From the IMG/VR virus record IMGVR_UViG_2657245448_000017: DNA of 15,950 bases; one strand, given 5' to 3'. This document shows, in pieces, positions 7,762 to 14,827 of the stretch. A program made the position numbers and the translations under genes. The stretch comes from a virus (taxonomy: Duplodnaviria; Heunggongvirae; Uroviricota; Caudoviricetes). Position 1 is the first letter of the stretch, and every line of letters begins with the position of its first letter. The notes below the pieces were generated by a model that did not search any database, was not told the DNA's origin, and was given only the letters and a program-made list of their open reading frames with translations.

Positions 7762-8448
7762 GTGAATACACTTGCGGAACGACTAAAAATAGCTAGAGAG
7801 AAGAAAGGCATGAGCCAGGCTCAGTTAGCCGAGCTAATAGGCCTGTCTCAACAATCTGTGGCGAAAATTGAAAATGGAGATACGCTTCAACCTAGAAAGA
7901 TCAAAGATATTGCGAAAGCTTTAGATGTATCCCAAAAATGGCTACAGCTCGGAATTGAGGAGAATGGCTCTATTTCTGATTTTGTAGTTGAGGAACTTGA
8001 AGAAGCAAAACTTGATCCTGAAGTATTTGCCAACATACCCGTTCTCGATGTTGAGTTCTCTGCTGGCAATGGATGTGAAGCCGAAATTGTGGAATCAGTT
8101 GTTGATTCGTTCCCTCTTCGTCGTTTCGATCTTAGAAAAGCTGGAGTCAGTCCTGCTAACGCAAGAATCGTAAAGATTTGGGGCAACAGCCTTTTGCCAG
8201 TATTGAATAATGGGGATCATGTCGCGATTGACATGTCACAGTCGAAACCTATCAGAGATGGTGATTTATACGCTGTTAGAGATGGAGTTTTACTTCGAGT
8301 TAAAGTTCTTATCAATCAACCAGATGGTGGTTTGATACTGCGGAGTTTCAACAAAGAAGAGTACCCGGATGAAGTACTCAACTTTGATGAAAGAAGAGCC
8401 AGAATACACGTTATTGGTCGCGTGTTCTGGTCTTCACGTTCATGGTAG
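7762..8448 (+). CDS. cI: CI-like prophage repressor (N-terminal HTH, C-terminal LexA/S24-type autocleavage domain)
   Basis: HTH QAQLAELIGLSQQSVAKIENG. C-terminal domain with Ala-Gly site (FSAGNG), Ser in GNSLLP and Lys in LLRVKVL, alignable to lambda CI. Start chosen at GTG 7762 after GGGGG (7750-7754), giving 228 aa; the upstream TTG at 7654 lies in the operator region. Confidence 0.85.
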   Translation: MNTLAERLKIAREKKGMSQAQLAELIGLSQQSVAKIENGDTLQPRKIKDIAKALDVSQKWLQLGIEENGSISDFVVEELEEAKLDPEVFANIPVLDVEFSAGNGCEAEIVESVVDSFPLRRFDLRKAGVSPANARIVKIWGNSLLPVLNNGDHVAIDMSQSKPIRDGDLYAVRDGVLLRVKVLINQPDGGLILRSFNKEEYPDEVLNFDERRARIHVIGRVFWSSRSW

Positions 8449-9321
8449 AGCGTGAAAAAGCATTTCTTCTGAAATGATTTTTAACTTAGCCCCTTCATCA
8501 TCTCTATATGAGACTGCTTTTTCTATTTTCCTTCCGTGACTGGAGAACTTCCAGTCACGCGAGGAAAGAGTACCAATTACGAGAAAATCAATTCTCTTTG
8601 TGATTCCGCTGGAAATCAGTCCATTATTCTTTTTAATTAGGTCTTCAACATGTGCTCTCTTTCCTGCCAAAAAAACACCCGTTAAGCAAAATGTTTTATT
8701 TTCAACAGAAACTTCAGCAGTATTATCTAATGGTAATTTAGTAGAAAGCCCATCTACGACGCCGCTTGCAAGGTCACAACCAGTAAAATCTACCAGCGCC
8801 TTGTGTAGATTTTCACTTTCTTCAGTGGTGATGATCCCATCGCTCAGAATCTCTTTTACTAAAGCGTATAGTTCCTTTCCTGGATAATTACTTTTTAGCG
8901 CCCCGTTCTGTGTTAACCACCAGTCCAGGTATCTCACTTCTTCTTCACTTAAGGTTCGATCTGATATTAAACCCTTGCAAAGACCATTCAACAGATGCAG
9001 ATCTGACTCACTGGAGAATAAATCCACATCGGGTATATCGAGTATTTGTCTTTGTATATCATTAAGATGCAGTTTTAATTCACCACGCTCATCATCAGAA
9101 ACAACACCATCGGCCAGTATTTTAGAAACCCTAACACTTAGACTCTTGATAACACCATTTCTAATGGTTTGGTTGGCTTCAAGTAGCCAAGTATCAAGAT
9201 ATAGCACCTCTTCATCCCGCACATGTCCATCGGCAAGAATCCCATCAATAATGCTGATTAAATTTGCAAAAAGCTTATTTCTATTTTGTGTGTAGTTAAA
9301 AACGTAGAGCTTGTCTTCCAT
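8440..9321 (-). CDS. Tandem TerB-like repeat protein with C-terminal BRCT domain (uncharacterised)
   Basis: 293 aa from ATG 9321 with AAGGAGG four nt upstream. Four copies of an (I/L)L(A/S)DGxxx(D/E)EExxxL motif resembling the paired motifs of TerB domains. C-terminal 80 aa (KTFCLTGVF...IDFLVIGT...) aligns by eye to the LigA BRCT domain. Convergent with cI, overlapping it by 9 bp. Confidence 0.7.
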   Translation of the reverse strand: MEDKLYVFNYTQNRNKLFANLISIIDGILADGHVRDEEVLYLDTWLLEANQTIRNGVIKSLSVRVSKILADGVVSDDERGELKLHLNDIQRQILDIPDVDLFSSESDLHLLNGLCKGLISDRTLSEEEVRYLDWWLTQNGALKSNYPGKELYALVKEILSDGIITTEESENLHKALVDFTGCDLASGVVDGLSTKLPLDNTAEVSVENKTFCLTGVFLAGKRAHVEDLIKKNNGLISSGITKRIDFLVIGTLSSRDWKFSSHGRKIEKAVSYRDDEGAKLKIISEEMLFHALP

Positions 9322-9557
9322 ACAGCCTCCTTTTTTGAACATCCTTACATTCAGACGCCCCACAATCAAACCACATAAAGTTGTTGACATAACCATTATT
9401 CACAACTAAATTACACCTTAAAGTTGTTATTACGATTTACAACATTACAACTAGCCATAAGCAACAGCGAACAGGCAGGACGCCCACGAAGTAGCCGCCG
9501 GTGGCGTATGAATAACCGGATGATTCGCTCAATAAAGTTAGGTAGGGGAATTTCACG
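9322..9557. promoter_or_regulatory. OL/PL-like operator-promoter region
   Basis: Plus-strand promoter with -35 TTGACA (9384-9389), 17-bp spacer and -10 TAAATT (9407-9412). Operator 8-mer AAAGTTGT at 9377-9384 and 9420-9427, plus partial copies at 9402-9410 and 9447-9452. Confidence 0.55.
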
Positions 9558-9770
9558 ATGAATGCAGCACAACGCCGAAGGGCTTATCACAAACACCCGA
9601 AAGTTGGGGACACTGTAATTTTACGAGGCATTCCTCGCCTAGTACTGGGTCCGTGTACGTTCAACAGCCTTACTGGCGAAGAGCGTAGCAAACCTTCGGT
9701 AAGCCGTGTCAGGGTTCAAATGACTGGCGGCTCAACAGCTGCACCACTCGTACGTAATTTAAAGTTTTAG
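9558..9770 (+). CDS. Putative N-like antiterminator with N-terminal arginine-rich motif
   Basis: 70 aa. N-terminus MNAAQRRRAYHK parallels the lambda N ARM (MDAQTRRRERRAEK). First gene downstream of the PL-like promoter. Confidence 0.45.
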   Translation: MNAAQRRRAYHKHPKVGDTVILRGIPRLVLGPCTFNSLTGEERSKPSVSRVRVQMTGGSTAAPLVRNLKF

Positions 9771-10070
9771 CGATAAACAGGTGTCTTCGGGAGGGGTTAC
9801 GGGCTGGAGTGACTACCAGCATCGACAGCTCTATCCGACGAAACGGAACCGTCTAACCCGCGGTTGTCGGTGAAAAGTACCGTAGGGATGCCAGCTAGTC
9901 ACTGGCCCCCGCCCGAAGATACCTACCACCGCGCCTGATGTGGTTAAAAGCAGGCCAAAGCAATAACAAGTACTTCCCTGTTCTGGCGGCCCGGTGTTTT
10001 CCCACTTGTCCGGTCACCGCCAGCCTTTTTCAGGGCACAACGACGAGAGCATTGACGAGCAAGGCATAAG

Positions 10071-10150
10071 TGCTGGTTCGATTCCAGACAGTCCCATTCT
10101 GTTGGGAGGGTTGGGCAGGGAAAAGGTTCGTTCGATTCGAACACCGGCAG
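10071..10150 (+). other. tRNA-like element (T-arm plus acceptor stem), non-canonical, inside an ORF-poor island
   Basis: Perfect T-arm GTTCG-TTCGATT-CGAAC (10126-10142). A 7-bp acceptor pairing TGCTGGT (10071-10077) with ACCGGCA (10143-10149) includes one G-U pair. D-stem-like pairing is present, but the anticodon arm is non-canonical (6-nt loop) and there is no encoded CCA. Confidence 0.25.
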
Positions 10151-10556
10151 TGCTCTCTTCGTTGTGGTGAATGCGCAGGCTGATGCGCTAAACCGTGAGG
10201 GAGTGTCCCGAAAGGGTGCGTCACTGGTAATCAACCCATGCCGGAATATCGTAGTACCGGCCACCACAACCAAATCACGCTTAGGACCGTGATAACCGTA
10301 GTTCCAGTATTGCTGTGTGTAGTCTTGGCGGTACCAGGGTCTTCAACCTTATGCAAGGGGGACGAAGATAATGTTCTACCTCGGTACCGCCCTTTTTACG
10401 CAACAGAAAAGGGCATCACCGGGCGACGGGCTCATAACCCAATCCACCCTGGCAAAAGACAGCGGTCTCTGCAAGCCGCCGACCAATGCAGGTGTCCTTC
10501 TCTGTTGTGTATGGAGAAAACACGGCGGTGGAAGCCGCCTTAACGAGGGTAAAACC

Positions 10557-10928
10557 ATGAGTAATGACCGCATGACCGTAGTGCCAGATTTTCTTGGCGA
10601 ACTGGATGCCGGCGTGTTCATGAACAAAATCGCGGCAGCACTTAATACCACCGCGCTTGGCGTTCTGAACAATGGCAACAAAGGCAAAGTAGTCCTCACC
10701 TTTGATTTTGAGCGTATGGGTAATTCCGTTGAAGAGAAGCGCGTGAAGATCAAGCACAAGCTGAACTACAGCACCCCGACACCGCGTGGTAAAGCCTCCG
10801 AAGAGGACACAACCGAAACCCCTATGTGGGTTAACAAAGGCGGGAAGCTCACCATCCTGCAGGAAGACCAGGGCAACTTGTTTACCCTCGGCGGGGATCC
10901 GGACGGAAAGTTACGCGCGGCGAAATAA
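10557..10928 (+). CDS. Hypothetical early-left protein (possibly YfdP-like)
   Basis: 123 aa from ATG 10557 with GAGGG seven nt upstream; the longer track ORF (10371) begins inside the ORF-poor island. Family assignment is tentative. Confidence 0.55.
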   Translation: MSNDRMTVVPDFLGELDAGVFMNKIAAALNTTALGVLNNGNKGKVVLTFDFERMGNSVEEKRVKIKHKLNYSTPTPRGKASEEDTTETPMWVNKGGKLTILQEDQGNLFTLGGDPDGKLRAAK

Positions 10929-10985
10929 GCCGCGATTGATAGCCCTTAGTTTCAGTTTTTCTACATCTATCTTTAAGGAATTTTT

Positions 10986-11813
10986 ATGTCTCAGTTAGAC
11001 AGCGGTACCTTCAAGCAGGTCAAAGACCTGGTTCTTTCCGGTTATCACCTGAATGATATTCATGGCCTGGCTTGCCCGACCGCATTACTGCCAGAGGGTA
11101 CTGGCGTTGAAAGCCTCGAGCGTTTTTCTCTGGAGCGTTTCCGCTTCCGCGGTGCCATGACCACGACCAGCATTGAAGATTTTGCTCGTTATTCAAAAGG
11201 CTATGCCAGCGCCACTGAAAAAGCACGCTGCTTTATTGACGCTGACCATATGACAGCCCGTTCAGTATTCAACATTGGCACACTCGATAACCCCGGTCAT
11301 GCGGACAATGTTGCATCCATCACCCTAAAACAGACCGCACCATTCCGTGCTCTTCTCCAGATCAACGGTGAACGTCTGAAACAAAAACAGATCGCCGAGT
11401 GGCTGGAAGACTGGAGCGATTACCTGCTGGCGTTCGATGCTGATGGCAATACGATGCAGATTTCACAAGCCGCCCAGGCTGTTCGTCGTATAACTATCCA
11501 GCAGGCAACCCAGCAGGATCATGAAGACAGCGATTTCAGCGGCAAAAAATCGCTTATGCAGAGTATTGAAGCCAGCAGCAAAGACGTAATGCCGGTAGCG
11601 TTCGAATTCAAATGTGTGCCGTATGAAGGTTTAGGCGAACGCCGCTTTAGCTTACGCAACAGTTTGCTTACAGGTGATGAACCTCGTTTTGTACTGCGCA
11701 TAGTACAACTGGAAGCCCAGGAAGAAGCTATCGCCAACGAATTCCGCGATTTGCTGATCAGCAAGTTCGAAGGTGAATCAGTGGAAACTTTCATCGGTAA
11801 CTTTAAAGCCTAA
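10986..11813 (+). CDS. YfdQ-like protein (DUF2303-like), uncharacterised
   Basis: 275 aa, AAGGAA SD five nt upstream. Length and position match the CPS-53 prophage yfdQ as I recall it; no motif checked. Confidence 0.6.
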   Translation: MSQLDSGTFKQVKDLVLSGYHLNDIHGLACPTALLPEGTGVESLERFSLERFRFRGAMTTTSIEDFARYSKGYASATEKARCFIDADHMTARSVFNIGTLDNPGHADNVASITLKQTAPFRALLQINGERLKQKQIAEWLEDWSDYLLAFDADGNTMQISQAAQAVRRITIQQATQQDHEDSDFSGKKSLMQSIEASSKDVMPVAFEFKCVPYEGLGERRFSLRNSLLTGDEPRFVLRIVQLEAQEEAIANEFRDLLISKFEGESVETFIGNFKA

Positions 11814-11825
11814 TTGCTCTGCATT

Positions 11826-11849
11826 AAATCCCCGGCGCCGCGGGGATTT
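11826..11849. terminator. GC-rich hairpin, candidate intrinsic terminator (possibly bidirectional)
   Basis: 9-bp stem AAATCCCCG (11826-11834) / CGGGGATTT (11841-11849) with loop GCGCCG, followed by ATTTATT. Confidence 0.45.
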
Positions 11850-11941
11850 ATTGAAGCGTAATTCCATTAATTATCGCCATCCGGCGAGGGATTCGTGCAA
11901 CCAAAATCTGCGTGGTGCAGCGCGCCAATATGGAGAAAACC

Positions 11942-12481
11942 ATGAGCTACATTCAGACATTATCCGGTAAAAAATTTAACTACCTGACCGCCACAATCGA
12001 CGATATCGATGTTGAGGATATCGCGACTGCTCTTTCCAACATCTGTCGATTCGCTGGGCATCTGCCAGAGTTCTACAGCGTGGCCCAGCACTCTGTGCTT
12101 GTAAGCCAGATTGTGCCGCCAGAGTTCGCCTTTGAAGCGTTGATGCACGACGCTGCGGAGGCATATTGCCAGGATATTCCAGCCCCGCTCAAAGCCTTGC
12201 TGCCTGACTACCAGCGCATGGAAACTTATGTTGATGGTCTTATCCGCTTTAAATTCGGTATCCCGCTTGAGCAATCTGCCGTCGTGAAATACGCCGATCT
12301 AACCATGTTAGCTACCGAGCGCCGTGATCTGGAAATCGATAACGGTTCGAAGTGGGAAATTCTCGAAGGTATTCCCTGCTCTGATCTCGTTCAGGTTATC
12401 CCTCTCCGTCCAGGTCAATCCTATGGCCTGTTCATGAACCGCTTTAACGAACTGGCGGAGCTGCGCCAATGCGCCGCATGA
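11942..12481 (+). CDS. HD-domain phosphohydrolase (YfdR-like 5-prime-deoxynucleotidase)
   Basis: 179 aa from ATG 11942 with GGAG six nt upstream. N-terminal MSYIQTLSGKKF...DIATALSNICRFAGH and the H...HD metal-binding pattern (QHS...LMHDAAE) are typical of HD-domain YfdR-like proteins. Confidence 0.7.
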   Translation: MSYIQTLSGKKFNYLTATIDDIDVEDIATALSNICRFAGHLPEFYSVAQHSVLVSQIVPPEFAFEALMHDAAEAYCQDIPAPLKALLPDYQRMETYVDGLIRFKFGIPLEQSAVVKYADLTMLATERRDLEIDNGSKWEILEGIPCSDLVQVIPLRPGQSYGLFMNRFNELAELRQCAA

Positions 12482-12645
12482 AGGTAAAAGAACTCGTTAC
12501 GGAGGCTTTTGCCTCCGTTGCTGAACTGCCACCAAAGCATGCACCGCTTATGCGCGAAGTTGCCACCAGACTGGACGCTACGTTCGCAGCATTAAAAGAG
12601 TCTCTGGTGCAACTGGAACAGGAACGTAAAGGTAAGACGCCATGA
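12478..12645 (+). CDS. Small hypothetical protein (55 aa), not in the supplied ORF track
   Basis: Hand translation gives MKVKELVTEAFASVAELPPKHAPLMREVATRLDATFAALKESLVQLEQERKGKTP. ATGA start-stop overlap with the upstream gene at 12478-12481 and a second ATGA overlap with the downstream gene at 12642-12645. Confidence 0.5.
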   Translation: MKVKELVTEAFASVAELPPKHAPLMREVATRLDATFAALKESLVQLEQERKGKTP

Positions 12646-12896
12646 CCGTATTTGAATATCTCCAGGCTCATCCGAATACCACCAGCGGTGAAATCGCCAA
12701 AGGTATGAACAAAAAGACACCCGCGGTCGCTGGCGCATTATCGCAACTCTATGGCACCGGCCGGATCGTGAAGTCTGGTGTTCGCAAGGGAATTCCAACA
12801 TACCGTGTTAACGATATGCCGTTTGGGTGCAGTAACAGCCTAACAATGATGTTTAACCAGTTGTTGAATAGAGCCAGACAGGAATCAGCCCAATGA
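12642..12896 (+). CDS. Small putative DNA-binding protein (winged-helix-like), cassette copy 1
   Basis: 84 aa, translationally coupled on both sides; ends ...ARQESAQ, as does the paralogous small gene at 13519. Confidence 0.5.
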   Translation: MTVFEYLQAHPNTTSGEIAKGMNKKTPAVAGALSQLYGTGRIVKSGVRKGIPTYRVNDMPFGCSNSLTMMFNQLLNRARQESAQ

Positions 12897-13522
12897 CAGC
12901 ACTCAACAAATATGCGGCGCTGCGCCAGTTAGCAACTGATGCGCACGAGCTTGGCATCATCAAGCGTTACACGAAAGGCATCGAGGCCAATAAGCGATTC
13001 ATCGCCGCAGCCAACCCCGCCACTGTGCTGGCGCTATTGAATGAACTGGAAGCAGCCGAGAGCAAGTGCAGGCAGCTGGCGGCGGTAGTTGCTGAGAATG
13101 CGGCGCTGAAGGCAGCGGCAAAAGAAACCCTGGCTCATTGGGCTGCTGCTGAAGCAGGGGAAATGGAAATGATGATGGATAAGTGCATGCCAGCCTTGCG
13201 TGATGCCTACTGCAAAACCCCAGCCACCGACGCTTTCCTGGCTGAAGTGCGGGCAGGTGCAATCCCTGAAGGTTACGTGCTCGTGCCTCAACAAATCTTT
13301 CTTGACCCATCCGACATTGAGTCTATTTGCTCGCAATGCGGTGACGGCCATGAATCCGGGTACGGTGATTTTACTGACGGACTGTTGTGGGTTGGCAACA
13401 TCCAACATGACGACGGAAGTATTGTCCACGGTCTGCATATCTCATCGGCAGATTACACAGAGGAAGGTGGTGTAACAGTTTGCGAGTTCGCCGCCCAACT
13501 TCGCAAAGGAGCCACGCTATGA
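12893..13522 (+). CDS. Ea22-like (ead family) early-left protein, cassette copy 1
   Basis: 209 aa starting MTALNK with ANPATVLALLNELEAAE coiled-coil-like region. Shares an identical 25-bp start-region sequence with the gene at 13701. Confidence 0.5.
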   Translation: MTALNKYAALRQLATDAHELGIIKRYTKGIEANKRFIAAANPATVLALLNELEAAESKCRQLAAVVAENAALKAAAKETLAHWAAAEAGEMEMMMDKCMPALRDAYCKTPATDAFLAEVRAGAIPEGYVLVPQQIFLDPSDIESICSQCGDGHESGYGDFTDGLLWVGNIQHDDGSIVHGLHISSADYTEEGGVTVCEFAAQLRKGATL

Positions 13523-13704
13523 GCAAGTTAACAGTAAAGCAAATTGAGGTTCTCTCGTGCATTCACAAAGGCGAAAAACCATACGCAATTTGGCGGCAAT
13601 CTCTCAGAGCTTTACAGCGCAGAGGATTGATTACTAAAACCATATTTGGTTATTCCATTACCGCAAGCGGAATTGAAGCAATAAAGCAGGAGGCAGCCCA
13701 ATGA
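13519..13704 (+). CDS. Small putative DNA-binding protein, cassette copy 2
   Basis: 61 aa from ATG 13519 with AAGGAG seven nt upstream and ATGA overlap with the upstream stop; ends ...KQEAAQ. Confidence 0.5.
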   Translation: MSKLTVKQIEVLSCIHKGEKPYAIWRQSLRALQRRGLITKTIFGYSITASGIEAIKQEAAQ

Positions 13705-14531
13705 CAGCACTCAACAAACTAACAGACGAGCGGTTACAGGAAATCTACGGCGAGGCGGTACCGTGCGAACTGGCAGAGAAAAACGGGGCGTATATGGCTT
13801 CTTTCGACCTGCTTTGCAAAATGGACGATGTAGGCGGCACGGCGCACGTTGTCCGAAAGCTGATCGATATGCTCCGAGCGGAGAGGGTAGAGCTACAGGA
13901 ACTACGCCGTAACTATCTGGCTTTACGTGGTGAGATTGAGGACGTGCAGTCGCAGTTGTACGAGGCAGAAAACCAGGCTAACAAGTACGCCAGCGAGCTA
14001 CAGGAACGCCGCAAAGCTGATAGCTCTGAACCTGTTTTATATGCGATGCGGGGAGCCAACCTGGACACTGACGCCGTATCAACCTGCAAAAGTGTCGTAG
14101 ACGGCTGGGTTGAAGAATGGAATCAAGAACGAAAACCGGGTGAGCCAGAATACAAAACCGTACCGCTATACGCCGCCCCTCCAGCGCCAGTAGTTAACGC
14201 CGAGCCAGTGGCGTGGCAGTTTAAAGCAGTGAATGGCGAATGGATTAGTATCAGCGGAACTGGAAAGGATCAGGCTGTTAGTGAGGGATGCGAGATTAGA
14301 CAGTTATATACCACACCGCCAGCGCTGATAGTACCAGAAAAGCTACCGTGTTCGGTTGAGTTAAAGCCAGGCTTAATAATCGGCAAGGGTTGCAAAACAG
14401 AAATACTCCTGACAGCACTGAAATGCCGCGCTGATTTTTACGCTGAACTCGATACTATGACGCCAGAGCAAAAGGCGGAATATGAAAAAATACTTAGGCA
14501 TTTTACGTCTCTACAATCTGGCAATGTCTGA
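13701..14531 (+). CDS. Ea22-like (ead family) early-left protein, cassette copy 2
   Basis: 276 aa starting MTALNK with a coiled-coil-like central region (ELQELRRNYLALRGEIEDVQSQLYEAENQ). Confidence 0.5.
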   Translation: MTALNKLTDERLQEIYGEAVPCELAEKNGAYMASFDLLCKMDDVGGTAHVVRKLIDMLRAERVELQELRRNYLALRGEIEDVQSQLYEAENQANKYASELQERRKADSSEPVLYAMRGANLDTDAVSTCKSVVDGWVEEWNQERKPGEPEYKTVPLYAAPPAPVVNAEPVAWQFKAVNGEWISISGTGKDQAVSEGCEIRQLYTTPPALIVPEKLPCSVELKPGLIIGKGCKTEILLTALKCRADFYAELDTMTPEQKAEYEKILRHFTSLQSGNV

Positions 14532-14593
14532 CCGCAAACTGATTTCATATATTCACTAAGTGGCCCATCACTGGTCCATACTCTGGGGGAAAA

Positions 14594-14827
14594 ATGTCCA
14601 GACTGATTTTACTCTCCGAATGGGCGAGATCAGAGTTCGGTGACCCGATTCCGAGCAAGTCCACTCTCAACAAATACGCCAAAAACGGGATGATCTTTCC
14701 TCTGCCTTGCCGTGTTGGGAAAAGCTGGCGCGTTGAAGCTAATGCCCGATTTACTGGACTCACAACAGAACCAGTAATTAAAAATCAAGATCACCCACTA
14801 CTCAGAAGGATTTTAGAAGATGGCTAG
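14594..14827 (+). CDS. xis: Excisionase (lambda Xis-like)
   Basis: 77 aa. LILLSEWARSEFGDPIPSKSTLNKYAKNGMIFPLPCRVGKSW parallels lambda Xis (LTLQEWNARQ...TVRRWVRECRIFPPPVKDGR). Overlaps the int start by 8 nt, as in lambda. Confidence 0.75.
   Translation: MSRLILLSEWARSEFGDPIPSKSTLNKYAKNGMIFPLPCRVGKSWRVEANARFTGLTTEPVIKNQDHPLLRRILEDG

Noticed and set aside
7654-9396. Longer 5-prime-extended starts from the ORF track for cI (7654), cro (7666) and the TerB-BRCT gene (9396)
   Set aside because: The extensions run through the operator/promoter motifs and lack SD sequences, whereas internal starts at 7762, 7624 and 9321 have good SDs and give family-typical protein lengths.
9496-9536. Possible nutL site (boxA-like CGCTCAATA with an adjacent hairpin)
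   Set aside because: The hairpin precedes rather than follows the boxA-like sequence and has only a 4-bp stem with a 3-nt loop; too weak to call as a feature.
10072-10095. First GGTTCGATTCC T-loop-like motif as the 3-prime end of a second tRNA
   Set aside because: The T-stem has only 4 bp with a G-A mismatch and no complementary acceptor strand exists upstream; it more likely forms part of the D-arm side of the other tRNA-like element.
9944-10543. Track ORFs 9944..10273 (-), 10030..10224 (-) and 10238..10543 (+) inside the ORF-poor island
   Set aside because: Arg/Cys/Ser/Pro-rich low-complexity translations, no SD sequences, mutually overlapping, and typical of spurious frames in GC-rich non-coding DNA.
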